The notes under the pieces are model-generated. The model saw nothing but the letters and a program-made list of their open reading frames with translations. It was not told the origin of the DNA and made no database searches. Of a stretch of 64,000 nucleotides of DNA, positions 37,478-50,372 are shown piece after piece. Position 1 is the first letter of the stretch. Each line of letters starts with the position of its first letter. The stretch lies in the NCBI GenBank assembly GCA_030390025.1, contig CM059431.1:131504001-131568000 (forward strand). Direction: 5' to 3'. Source of the DNA: Squalus acanthias. Its lineage: Eukaryota. The position numbers and the translations under genes are program-made.

Positions 37478-38475
37478 CGGGGGTCGGTACTCGGACCACT
37501 GCTTTTCTTGATATATATTAATGACTTGGATGTGGGTGTACAGGGCACAATTTCAAAATTTGCAGATGACACAAAACTTGGAAGTATAGTGAACAGTGAG
37601 GAGGATAGACTTCAAGAGGACATAGACAGGCTGGTGGAATGGGCGGACACGTGGCAGATGAAATTTAACGCAGAAAAGTGTGAATTGATACATTTTGGTA
37701 GAAAGAATGAGGAGAGGAAATATAAACTAAAGGGTACAATCCTAAAGGGGGTGCATGAACAGAGAGACCTGGGGGTATATGTGCACAAATCGTTGAAGGT
37801 GGCAGGGCAGGTTGAGAAAGCAGTTAAAAAACACTTACGGGATCCTGGGCTTCATGAATTGAGGTATAGAGTACAAAAGCGTGGAAATTATGATGAACCT
37901 GTATAAAATATTGGTTCGGCTTCAACTGGAGTATTGTGTCCAAATCTGGGCACCGCACTTGAGGAAGGATGTGAAGGCCTTAGAGAGGGTGCAGAAAAGA
38001 TTTACGAGAATGATTCCAGGGATGCAGGACTTCAGTTACGTGGCTAGACTGGAGAAGCTGGGGTTGTTCTCTTTAGAGCAGAGAAGATTGAGAGGAGATT
38101 TGATGGAGGTGTTCAAAATCATGAGGGGTCTGGACAGAGTAGAGAGAGAGAAACTGTTCCCATTGGCAGAGGGGTCGAGAACCAGAGGGCACAGATTTAA
38201 GGTGATTGGCAAAAGAACCAAAGGCGACGTAAGAAAAAACTTTTTTACTCAGCGAGTGGTTAGGATCTGGAATGCACTGCCTGAAAGGGTGGTGGAGGCA
38301 GATTCAATCACGGCTTTCAAAAGGGAGTTGGATAAGTACCTGACATAAAAACATTTGCAGGTCTACGGGGAAAGGGCGGGGGAGTGGGACGAGCTGAAGT
38401 GCTCTTGCAGAGAGCCGGCACAGGCTCGACGGGCTGATTAGCCTTCTTCCATGCTGTAACCATTCTATGATTTTA
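37478..38475 (+). mobile_element. CR1 LINE 3' fragment
   Basis: ORFs 37508-37906 (YINDLD..FADDTK) and 37881-38348 (LEYCVQIWAP..WNALP). Confidence 0.92.
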
Positions 38476-39279
38476 TGTAATTCTGCTAATAAACTTTGTC
38501 CCCAATTTGTAAACATACACTTTTTCCTTTAACAAAGTGATGTGTACTAACATTACACCCAATGCAGAATTCTGCAGATTATAACTTGTTATGCCAGTTT
38601 CATGAGCAGACAGTGATGATGTCTGCACTGATAGTTGCTGCAAATGCATAACCTGGCTAAAAGCAGAATAAAATTCTAAAGTAAGATTTAAAGGTATGTT
38701 TTACAAAGAGTAACATGTACCGAGGGGTGATTGCAGTGCTGTTTGTGTTGTGTTCTTTTCAAAAAGCATGATTTGTACTGTTCAGACTAACACAGCTATC
38801 CTTATACATTTTTAATGCTTCTACTTTACACTAAATAATTGAAGCTGGAATGGAATTCTGGGATTATCTTGCAGCAGGAGTGAGCTCGTTGGGGAGCGCA
38901 AACATTGTAGCTGAAAATGTGCAGACATTGTCCACACAGTAAATGGATTGCTTCCTCTTAACTTCGAAAGAGGGTTATGCAAAGATGGCTGTCTTCACAG
39001 GTATTAACCTATAGATAGCAATTTTTCAAAGGGTAGCACATCTGAAGGATGAGACGCTGTGGGGATTTGAAGACAAAACTCATATATTTAACCTGCTTCC
39101 CTATGGAAGACTCTTTGGCATTGTGCCATTGTTCTAGATTGGTATTTTCAATCATCCATCGCTGAAGAAATTCAGAACAGTTTTACCCTTTCTTGTGCAT
39201 AGCTAAACAATGAGTTATTGCATGGGTTCCATCACAGCTTGTATTGCATCCATAATATTTGTGCAGAAATATTTTAAGT

Positions 39280-39947
39280 CATTTAGCTTTCTCGACGTTA
39301 ATTTGATTATAGCGCTGTCTATAGGGAATCTCCAGCACAAAGCAACAGTGATGTCATCAAGCTGTCTAAACAGCCAATCACATTGAAGAATTCTCACAGA
39401 CAGCAAATCAGGAAATAAAAAGCAGCTTTTATCATTCACTTTTAATTTTTTTTTTTACAGAGAGTGAAATAAAGATTGGGACATACACATGGGGTTAAGG
39501 TAGAAACTTAAATATCATAAACAAACTTTAAAAATGAAATAACAAGAAGTACATTTTATTTCAAAAATCTAGTATTTTTTAGCATAATGGAGAAATTTGA
39601 CATTCCACAAATATAACATTTGTTTTTCAGGGCCAGAAGGGTTTTTCAGCAGTTAATACACTGTTAAAACACCAGTTACACCTCTTTCAACAAGGCTTAA
39701 CTTTTTAACAGCGATATTAGAGTAGAAAAGGAGAAGTTTTCATCAGTTCAAGTGATTTCAGTGTTTGCCGGCTCTGGGGAGTTCCACAGCGCAGCCTGTG
39801 GCAGAGCAGGGAATGACTGACCGCAACTTCAGGACTTCCAAGTTTATCTGCACATGTGCTAAATCCTGAAGTTACGATCAGTTTCAGAGGGGTAATGACG
39901 GCGAACGCTGACAGTTTCGCCATCATTACCACCACAGAATCTGGACC
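39280..39947. mobile_element. Partial element related to the 33101-35205 MITE family
   Basis: Shared internal motifs (ccaatca.., accgcaacttc) and terminus cagaatctggacc. Confidence 0.45.
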
Positions 39948-41217
39948 GTATGTTTGACATCCCTGAACCAGACTTTGTTGCTTAAGGGAATACAACTCTG
40001 CATTGGCAGCATAACATAATGTGCATACATTGTCTAATGTTCTATCCTTATAAAATAAATCATCCTCACCATGATCATGCAAGATCCACTAATAATATAT
40101 TAAGCTGTAGCTGCACGTGCAGATGTCACACTGCAGACTTTGATCTTACAGCTGCAGAACAGGCTTAAAATGCTAGTTGCTTCTCAGCTACAACCTGAAA
40201 TTGACTAGCACATTTCTTCTGCAAAGTTTACTGACCAAATAATTAAACTCTGAGTGACTGGGGGCTCTATTTACTTATAGTAATTAAACTTTTCGATCTA
40301 AATGGGGCAGGTCAACTTAAACACAGCAATAACAGTAGAATCATTCACTGTGTGTTACATAGTTTAATACTCCTGTCATTGTAAAGCAGTGTACCATTTG
40401 ATTTACTGTAAGCAGCAACACAGGAGATTCGCTAGGATCTATAAAATCAGTATGTATGTCACGTGTTCCATTGAAAAGTCCTATGTAAACATTTCCTACT
40501 GGAAATCCCATGTTAAGATGTACACACGGACTGTTACATCTCCACATAACACCAATAGGTGGCGCTGTAATGGGACGTTCAACGTTAAATTCTGACTTGA
40601 ATGTCACACTTGGCTGTTATGTCACACTCAGCACTATGTAGTTTTGCCACAGCTGCTTTTCCGCTCCATCTACTGTGTGAAAAACTATTGCTCCTGGACT
40701 TGCTCCAAAGTTGCAAGTTATATATATTTTTAAATTAATAAATATGTTTTACATATATAATTGATTTTTTTCCCTCCTTGCTTTGGCCAGTCTCTCTGAC
40801 CTGAGATCGATCCCCACTGCCTACTGCTATTGAAATTATTTCAGCTGCCAAAGCCTGTATTGCCTTCCTGCCCTCTCCCTGACCCCAGCTGTCTATCATA
40901 GCCTACGATCCATCCATTATTGACTTCGCATTTTCCTTTGGCCTTTGGGCCTCACCCATAGCTGCTACCACCCTCCAAATAGAAAAGTTACATTTTTTGC
41001 ATTGTTCGTCCCAGTCTAAAATAAATAAATAAATTATGCCAGTGTCACTTACTGCTCGCCCTGACTTAAAATAAATAAATCATGTTGGCACTGTTTCTAA
41101 CACCGCCCGCCACCCCCCAACTAAATAAACAAGGTGGACTTACTTTGTTGCAGCTTTTCTCTGCTGTCCAGTTAAATCAATACAGAAATCCATGGCCCTG
41201 ATGTGAAATAAAAACAC

Positions 41218-41760
41218 TGGGGGGGGGGCGGATTTTCAACTGCCTGCTGCCCGTTTTACGCCTAATCTTGTGGGGTTCATTTGCCCACCTAATTCAATTT
41301 TCAGGCAGGGCTTTATGTGGGTATCCAGCAGTCCTGCCCAAAAGAGGTGAAAGGGTGCTTAAATTTGCAAATCGAGGTCCTACACTCAATTGCAATTTCA
41401 TAGCGAATGGATGAAGTAGGCAGTGAGAGGCCTAACCCACTGTCCATTTAAGGATCGCTGGAGACGGTTCCAAAAAGGAAAGTTTTTCTTTTTTCTAAGA
41501 TTTTTGTGGGGCTAGGAGGTGCTGGCCTGACCTCCACCCTCCCAGGATCTGTTCCCCCGCCCCCCACCTTCCCAAACTGCCATCTGGCCAATTTTCCTCG
41601 GTCTGAAAGCAGCGTGTTGTAGAGGAGCAAACATTTGGTGCCCGCAGCTTGCTAAAAAAAGTTTCAATGATTCAGGCCTTGCAACTCTGGCCTTGTGTGG
41701 ATACTGCAGGCGCACCACTGATACTGCGCCCATTTTGGGCCGGGATCAAAATTCTTCCCC
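41218..41760. mobile_element. Harbinger-like MITE
   Basis: Ends ggggcggattttca ... tcaaaattcttcccc. Confidence 0.5.
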
Positions 41761-42635
41761 CACTTATTTTTTACAATCCTCGCCCTAATGAGAAATAAAT
41801 AATACTTCCCCTCCCCTGTTAAAAAATAAATAAATTGCACCCGCCCTCTTGCCAATGAAATGAATAAATGGCACCCACTTCATTAATAAATAAATCATGC
41901 CAGCGTGCTTCCCCTTATCCACCAAACAATTCAATAAATATCCGTGCTTCTTGTATTATTAATCATGTCAGCACCACTTTCCTATATAAAATAATAAAAT
42001 TAACGGCGGTTGTTAAAATAAATAAATAAATGGCTACTACCAGAACTGGCAAGTTTGTGGGAGTGGTGCAACATGGCAGCCCACAACTGTATGTTGGATC
42101 GCATTGGTGTTTACAACAGTTGGATAGTCAGTGTTATTTTATAATAAGAATTAGAATTGCTTTATAACTTCACTCAATTATCTGAAATCCACCTTTGTCA
42201 CAAAACTGTTAATGTGCTCTCCTTGCCCAGACTATTGTGAATGAAACTCCAGAAGCAGCCTCTGAAGGCTCTGTTTTTCTGGAAATACCTTGCTGTGTTT
42301 TTGTATCTCAGTTTATAATCCTTAGTGAAACATCATGCAGAGGTGCCGTCTGCCGAGTGAAATGAGTGCATTGTAAAGAGGTATTGACAAGATTCAGAGA
42401 TGCCTCTAAACTCGTTGTACCTGGTTCTACTTTTAGGTATTGAGATTCAGTGGTTTAAAAAAAAATCAATGTTACTAAATTCCCAGTGTTAAACAAGTGG
42501 TTCTCACTGGCTAAATGTAGGTCCCATATGTGCTTGTGTCGAAAGAGTGCCCAGGAGTAGAATTGGTTGTTTTATGTGTATTTACAGTATGAAAGTTCAG
42601 TTATCATCAGAGTAAACTCCTTAAACCAACCAGGG

Positions 42636-45600
42636 AGCAGCATTCGTAACAAGATAAATGAGTTGACGGCACAAATAGATACAAATGGGTATGATCTGAT
42701 TGCCATTACAGAGACGTGGTTGCAAGGCGACCAGGGCTGGGAACTGAATATTCCAGGGTATACGATAATTCAGAAGGATAGAAAGAAAGGAAAGGGAGGT
42801 GGGGTGGCTTTGCTGGTAAAAGATGGGATCAGTGCAGTGGTGAGAAGTGATATTGGCTCAGAAGATCAAGATGTAGAATCGGTTTGGGTGGAGATAAAAA
42901 ATAATAAGGGGAAAAAGTCTCTGGTGGGCGTAGTCTACAGGCCCCCGAACAGTAGCAATGCTGTTGGACAGAGTATAAATCATTAAATAATGGAGGCCTG
43001 TAAAAAAGGTACGGTAATAATCATGGGTGATTTTAATCTCCATATTGATTGGACAAATCAAATTGGCCATGGTAGCCTGGAGGAGGAGTTCATAGAGTGC
43101 ATCCGGGATGTTTTCGTAGAACAGTATGTAATGGAACCAATCAGGGAGCTGGCTATTTTGGATCTGGTACTATGCAATGAGACAGAATTAATAAATGATC
43201 TCATAGTAAAGGATCCTCTAGGAAAGAATGATCATAGCATGGTTGAATTTCAAATTCAGTTGGAGGGTGAGAAAGTTGTATCCCAACCCAGTGTCCTGAT
43301 CTTAAACAAAGGCAATTATAATGGCATGAGAGCAGAACTGGCTAAAGTGGACTGGAAAAACAAATTAAAGGGTAAGAAAGTTGAAATGCAGTGGCAGACA
43401 TTTAAGGAGGTATTTCATAACTCTCAACAAAAATATATTCCAGTGAGAAAGAAAGATTTTAAGAGAAGGGAACACCATCTGTGGCCAACTAAGGAAGTAA
43501 AGGATGGTATCAAATTGAAAACGAAGGCATACAATGTTGCCAAGATTGGTGGGAGACCAGAGGATTGGGAAATTTTTAAAAATCGGCAAAAGATGACTAA
43601 AAAAATAATAAAGAGAGAGAAGATGAATTATGAGAGTAAGCTGGCAAGAAACATTAAAACAGATAGTAAGAGCTTCTACAGGTATATAAAAAGGAAGAGG
43701 GTAGCTAAAGTAAACGTTGGTCCTTTAGAGGATGAGACTGGGGAATTAATAATGGGGAATGGGGAAATGGCAGAGACTCTGAACAAATATTTTGTATCTA
43801 TCTTCACGGTAGAAGACACTAACAACATCCCAATAATGGATAATCAAGGGGCCACAGGGAGTGGGGAACTAAAGACAATCACTGTCACTAAGGAAATAGT
43901 ACTCGGTAAAGTAATGGGTCTAAAAGACGACAAGTCCCCTGGAACAGATGGCCTGCATCCCAGGGTCTTAAAAGAAGTGGCTGCAGAGATAGTGGATGCA
44001 TTGGTTGCAATATACCAAAATTCCCTGGACTCTGGAGAGGTCCCAGCGGATTGGAAAACCACAAATGTAACACCCCTATTTAAGAAAGGAGGGAGACAGA
44101 AAGCAGGAAACTATAGAGCAGTTAGCCTAACATCTGTCGTTGGGAAAATGCTGGAGTCCTTAATTAAGGAAGCAGTAGCAGGGCATTTAGAAAAACATAC
44201 TGCAGTCAAACAGAGTCAGCATGGTTTTAGGAAAGGGAAATCATGTTTAACAAATTTGCTCGAGTTCTTTGAGGATGTAACGAGCAGGGTGGACAAAGGT
44301 GAGCCAGTGGATGTGGTGTTTTTGGATTTCCAGAAGGCATTCGATAAGGTGCCACATAAATGGTTACTGCATAAGATAAGAGCTCACGGAGTTGGGGGTA
44401 ATATATTAGCATGGATAGAGAATTGGCTAACTAACAGAAAGCAGAGAGTCGGGATAAATGGGTCATTTTCTGGTTGGCAAACGGTAACTAGTGGGGTGCC
44501 ACAGGGATCGGTGCTGGGGGCCCAACTATTTACAATCTACATTAATGACTTGGATGAAGGGATCGAGTGTAATGTAGCCAAGTTTGCGGATGATACAAAG
44601 ATGGGTGGGAAAGCAAGTTGTGCAGAGGACTCAAAGAACCTGCAAAGGGATATAGACAGGCTAGGTGAGTGGGCAAACATTTGGCAGATGGAGTATAATG
44701 TGGGAAAGTGTGCGGTTATCCACTTTGGCAGGAAAAATAAAAAAGCAAAATATTATTTAAATGGAGAGAGATTACAAAAGGCTACAGTTCAGAGGGACCT
44801 GCGAGTCCTTGTGCATAAAACACAAAAAGTTAGCATGCAGGTACAGCAAGTAATCAAAAAGGCAAATGGAATGTTGGCCTTTATTTCAAGGGGGTTGGAG
44901 TATAAAAGCAGGGAAGTCCTGCTACAACTGTACAGGATATTGGTGAGACCACACCTTGAGTACTGCGTACAGTTTTGGTCTCCTTATTTAAGGAAGGATA
45001 TACAGGAAACTTTCGTTTATCCGGCACCCAAATATCCGGAATTCTCGCTTAACCGGCAAAAATCATCCTCCGAAAACTCCTCTCAAATAACCGGCAATGT
45101 TGCCGAGTCGCAGTCGAGTCTCCGCGAACGCCGAGTGCTCCGAAAAATCCTCTCAAATAACCGGCAATGTTGCCGATCCCGAGTCCGAGTCCGCGAACGC
45201 CGATTTAGTCAGTAGGGGTACTTTTCAAAAGTGCCACTACTCGGCCTCCTGGCGCTGTCGCAAGTCCGAAACATTGCAGTAGCATGAGTAGATTCTCCTG
45301 TGCTGCTTGGAGTCTCTTTGTTAAAAATAGCCTCGGTAGATATAACTCTCTGTTATCCGGTACTTTCGATAAACCGGCACCATGCCGGTCCCGTCGATGC
45401 CGGATAAACGAAAGTTTCCTGTACTTGCATTGGAGGCAGTTCAGAGACGATTCACTAGGTTAATTCCAGAGATGAGGGGTTTGACTTATGAGGAAAGGTT
45501 GAGCAGGCTGGGCCTATACTCATTGGAATTTAGAAGAATGAGAGGTGATCTTATCGAAACATATAAGATACTGAGGGGGCTCGACAGGGTAGATGCAGAG

Positions 45601-45935
45601 AGGATGTTTCCCCTCAAGGGGACATCTAGAACTTGGGGGCACAGTCTCAGAATAAAGGGTCGCCCTTTTAGAACTGAGATGAGGAGGAACTTCTTCTCTC
45701 AGAGGGTTGTAAATTTGTGGAATTCTCTGCCCCAGAGAGCTGTGGAGGCTGGGTCATTAAACACATTTAAAGTGGAGGTAGACAAATTTTTGCAAGATAA
45801 GGGAGTGAAGGGTTATGAGGAGCAGGCTGGGAAGTGACTTTGAGCCCTAGATCAGCCATGATCTTATTGAATGGCGGAGCAGGCTCGAGGGGCCAAGTGG
45901 CCTATTCCTGCTCCTATTTCTTATGTTCTTTTGTT
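42636..45935 (+). mobile_element. Young CR1 LINE with nearly complete ORF2 (APE endonuclease + RT)
   Basis: [46 protein letters not shown] and RPHLEYC motifs are in one frame. There is one stop at 42984-42986 and a MITE at 45003-45421. Confidence 0.96.
45003..45421 (+). mobile_element. Tc1/mariner(pogo)-type MITE inserted in CR1 ORF2
   Basis: Perfect 24-bp TIR caggaaactttcgtttatccggca and TA duplication. The flanks rejoin to LRKDILALEAVQRRF. Confidence 0.93.
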
Positions 45936-46334
45936 TTTATGTTCTTATATTCTTGCCGTGAATTGGAAGGTTTTTTTGTAGTCGATCTCCAGTTTCACCT
46001 TGTTATCGTGGACTGCCTAGAACTCAGATCTCTGCTGCCGAGAGTGAAGCCATTCCCCACTCTCTATCAATGATCCCTTTAGCTAGCTGCTAAAATGTAT
46101 GAGGTAGTGATCAGACTAGACATCCCCCATCTGCTATCCCTGCCTCAGCAGAGAGAAGAAACTGATGCCTCCCTACCTGTAGCATCTGAGGTGCACAGAG
46201 AACAATCCATTAGTACTCAACGTACATCACAACCATTATACTGAACTGGACCTTCTGTTTTTTAAATGAAATGAATGAATATTGTACTGCTGGGGCAGAG
46301 ATCACATTTCATAAGAAATACCAGGTAATATAAG

Positions 46335-46620
46335 CATGGTCCCTTGCGCATCCCCAATTTTCTTCGCTTTACCATTGGCAGCCGTGCCTTCGGCTGCCTA
46401 GGCCCTAAGCTCTCGAATTCCCTCCCTAAACCTTTCCACCTCCCCACCTCTTTCTCCTCCTTTAAGTTGCACCATAAAACCTACCTCTTTGACCAAGCTT
46501 TTGGTCATCTGCCCTAATATCTCTTTATGTGGCTCGGTGTCAACCTTTGTCTGATAACGCTCCTGTGAAGCACCTTGGGCTGTTTTTACTATGTGAAGGG
46601 TGTTATATAAATGCTAGTTT
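46335..46620 (+). mobile_element. L2 LINE 3' end fragment
   Basis: Similar to 23835-24060. Confidence 0.8.
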
Positions 46621-46660
46621 TCGATCGGCTAGGGTGGGTCGGATAGGAAATTTCCAGACA

Positions 46661-47070
46661 GTGTCAGCCATGGCTCAGTGGCAGCACTCTGAGCCAGAGA
46701 CTTGAGCACAAAAATCCAGGCTGATACTCCAGTGCAGTAGTGAGGGAGTGCTGCACTATTGGAGGTGCCGTCTTTTGGATGAGACCTTAAGCCAATGCCC
46801 CATTTGCTCTCTCAGGTGGACATAAAAGATTCCATGGCACTATTTCGAAGAAGATAAGTGGAGTTCTTCCCTATGCCAATATTTATCCCTCAACCAACAT
46901 CACTAAAATACAGGTTATCTGGTCATTATCACAGTGCTACTGTGGGACCTTGCTAGGTGCAATTTGGCTGCCATGTTTCCTATATTACTAGAGTGACTAC
47001 ATTTCAAAAGTACTTCATTGGCTGTCTTGAGGTCATGAAAGACGCTATATAAATGCAGGTCTGTCTTTTC
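46661..47070 (+). mobile_element. DeuSINE (SacSINE1-like)
   Basis: tRNA-like head tggctcagtgg, Deu-domain-like ggaggtgccgtcttttggatgagac..aaaagattccatggcact, and an L2-like tail. Confidence 0.8.
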
Positions 47071-47733
47071 TAATTAGCCTCGGTTTTATTTTATCTTTTT
47101 TTGCCTCTCCCAGGACAGTACATTGCTGGTGGTTGGTAGTGGGTGTCTAATCATAATGCTTCAGGCATCATGACTACTTGTTAAAGGCTTAATGGACCAG
47201 ATGGTCTTTTCCTGCCCATCATTTTCATATGTAAAATAAACTAGGAAAGGTGATTTAATTTGTGAGTTGCAAACAACTGAAGCATTTTTAGTGATGATAA
47301 ATAGATCGAATGCAATATTTAACTGTGAAGAAAATGGAAAAGATAGTTTAAAAATTGAGTGGATGTTTCCTTTAACCCTTTGCTGATTTTCCTCTTGCCT
47401 CTTGATTTTATTGCTCGATCACTACCCACAGCTCTCATGCTGTCCTTGAAAAGCTCACTGGTTCTCCCTGGTCTTTACTTTACAATGAGAGATGGGAAGT
47501 GTGAAGGTGGGGGTGGGTGGGGTGTGCTGTTGTGCAGGGTCATCCCAGCAAACCCTGTATTATGAAACTACAGAGAATAGCGGTCAGTCATGATTGAAAC
47601 CTCTTAGGTTTTCAGGGTTTCAGCCACCATTGGGAATCAGATGGCAGCAAATGTACATGCATGGGTATGGACAGGGAAACAAAATGAGGGGCAATACTGG
47701 AGGCAGATAATAGGAGAGAAAAGGAGGAACATA

Positions 47734-48895
47734 GGCATCGATGTTAACATGAAGCCAGGAGGGACGCGGGGCGACAGTTTTACAATCGGGAAACCCGGAA
47801 GAACAGGTTTCCCTTAGGTCCTGCTGAATTTAACGGCAGGACCTGATTAGCATTTTTGGAATCCGTTTCAGATTGAGAGGCTGGCTGGCTGTTGGACGGG
47901 TAGGGTTGAGGCACCAGGCCGCAGCTGGGGAGCAGAGAGGAGGGAGTGAGAGATCGAGGGTTGGGAGGGATACCAATGGGGGGTTGGGGGACCGGAGAGA
48001 TCAGGGTGGTGGGGGGGGTGGGGGCGGAGAGATCGGGCATGGGGGGGGATCCGGAGAGATCGGGGGTCGGGGGGGGACCGGAGAGATCGGGGGGGGGGCG
48101 GAGAGATCAGGGTGGGGGGGGACCGGAGAGAGATCGGGGTGTGGGGGGGACCGGAGAGATCAGGGGGGGGGACCGGAGAGATCGGGGGTGGGACCGGAGA
48201 GATCGGGGGTGGGGGGGGGCGGAGAGATCAGGGGTGGGGGGGCGGAGAGATCAGGGGTGGGGGGGCGGAGAGATCAGGGGTGGGGGGGGCGGAGAGATCA
48301 GGGGTGGGGGGCGGAGAGATCAGGGGTGGGGGGGGCGGAGAGATCAGGGGTGGGGGGGCGGAGAGATCAGGGGTGGGGGGGGCGGAGAGATCAGGGGTGG
48401 GAGGGGTGCGGAGAGATCAGGGGTGGGGGGGGCGGAGAGATCAGGGGTGGGGGGGCGGAGAGATCAGGGGTGGGGGGGCGGAGAGATCAGGAGTGGGGGG
48501 CGGAGAGATCAGGGGTGGGGGGGGACATCAAGTAGGGACTGGGAGAGAACGAGAGAGGAGGGGGGAAGATCGCGGGGGGCCCAGAGTGATCGGTGGGGGA
48601 GAAGATCCCGTGGAGGACATGGTGGGGAAGGTGGTCCGGGAGGAGATCGCAGGCCGCGGAGGACATCGGGATGTCTCGCGGGGTGGGGGGTAGGGCCCGA
48701 TCGCTGGGCAGGTTAACAGGTGGGTTGGGGGAAGCACTCCTGCTCCATTTAATTGGCAGGGAAACCCGCATGACTTTCAATTGATCCAATTGAGCTAAAT
48801 GCACAGTGCAGAATGTGCTGTTGAAAACTTCATGATGCCGACCTGCTACGCAGCCCGCACGCACCCGCCCCGACTCTAAGATGAAAATTCCCGCC
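47734..48895. mobile_element. Harbinger-like non-autonomous element carrying a G-rich minisatellite
   Basis: The start ggcatcgatgtt resembles the start of 19373 and the end is gaaaattcccgcc. It shares the gaagcactcctgctcc motif with 21512. Confidence 0.5.
47985..48525 (+). repeat. G-rich minisatellite, ~20-25-bp unit cggagagatcaggggtggggggg
   Basis: More than 20 tandem units with variable G-run length. Confidence 0.95.
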
Positions 48896-50272
48896 TCTGT
48901 GTTTGGTTTTACCTCTCCTCTCCTCTATGGGGATTCACCTGGTCTCACCACATCAGTGTGACTATGAGAGGCATCTTTGAAGAATGGTGCACTGCAGGTA
49001 TCAACCAACATCTCACCATGCCATGGCCTCACATGTTGATCTTCCAGTGTACTGTGCCACAGTACAAACTGAGTGCTAAACAATAATGAGAGCATATACT
49101 ATTTAACATTCCCAGTGAATTTATTGGTGGAGGACAAACCTTGTTTCCTGGTGTGTTTGACAAATTAATTAGTTAAGGAAAATACAAATGGCCAATCGAG
49201 ACTAATCTTTTTAAGAGTAACTAGTCTTTTTGGAAAAAATTTATCTTTTACCCACAGACAAAGCATAGGGTGAGCAGTTGTCAAGAGATTAGGAACTTAG
49301 CCTGCATGAAGATTGACTTCATAGTGATAGAAATTGTTACTCCATGTACTTTCCTGTTCTGCAGTCAGTCAAGCCATAGTGAACAAGTGTTATTTTTGTT
49401 ATTTGACAGGAGAGATTGCACAAATATTGTTAATCACTCTCTCACGTGAACAACAAATATTGAGATGTTTTATGAATAATCTTCATGTCTGAATATTATG
49501 TTGAAAAACAGTATATATAAACAAGGGAAATTGATTAGACAATTCATATTTCAGAATTATTCAAGTTGTCCTGAGAATAGGAATGTGTTAACCTTGAAAT
49601 ATGCTGGCTCCAATTATTTTCTAGCTTACAGTTGTACCGATGTAGGCCCATATTTTTCTCTTTTATGGAAATTTGGATTTAAATCCAAAATGCTGGTGTG
49701 AGTAGAGTGTAATAGTGGAGGTTATTTTTTGCCGGGTTTCCTGTTGTCAAGTTCATGGTTCGCAAAACCCTTGTAATTACATCCAACAGAAAGCCACCAG
49801 TCAGCCACACTTGTCATTGTGCTGCCTTGACACTTCTCAAGCAGCAGAATGAGCTACTTAACTAGTGGAGAAATGGAAAGAATTGTTATGCCAGATGTGC
49901 AGTCAGGAAATATTAAAGGAAAAATTAGTGCTGGCAGGATTTTTTTATGAATCCATGTTTACTGCTGGCGACATGATAATTGTCCTTGATAAAAATATAT
50001 GCAGCCTTCAGCACCAACCGCCGGCCTTTAAATAACCGCTGGTACCAGTCCTCAGCTAATCCTCACTGCTGGCCCTCAGATAAATCTACCAATATTATCA
50101 GGGAGTAAATGGACATAAAATGCAGGTGACATTACATTTCTTATTATTTTCAAGACACTAATGACATATAAAAAGTACTGAAATAAATAACGTTGAAGGT
50201 AAGTTGTCAGCCAAAATATATTTCAGTGTGTTAAAACATTCATTTATTTCATTTCTATTTTTCTGAATTTAG

Positions 50273-50372
50273 CACATATAACTCCATGCCCTATACAGTA
50301 TATTAAGAATGTTCACGAGCTTGCAGCTCGTTCTTTATATCGAGAGAATGGCCATAAATGGGGTATGAAGCT
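50273..50372 (+). CDS. Candidate internal coding exon of an unidentified host gene
   Basis: T-rich acceptor ttctgaatttAG, then a 100-bp open frame HITPCPIQYIKNVHELAARSLYRENGHKWGMK, then donor GTAAGT. It lies in non-repetitive sequence. The protein is not recognised. Confidence 0.35.

Noticed and set aside
42990..45215. Functional 741-aa reverse transcriptase gene, retron or DGR
   Set aside because: It is a CR1 ORF2 preceded by an in-frame stop and read through into a MITE. No bacterial RT system features are present.
47873..48716. Gly/Arg-rich protein ORFs in three frames
   Set aside because: They are by-products of a stop-free G-rich minisatellite.
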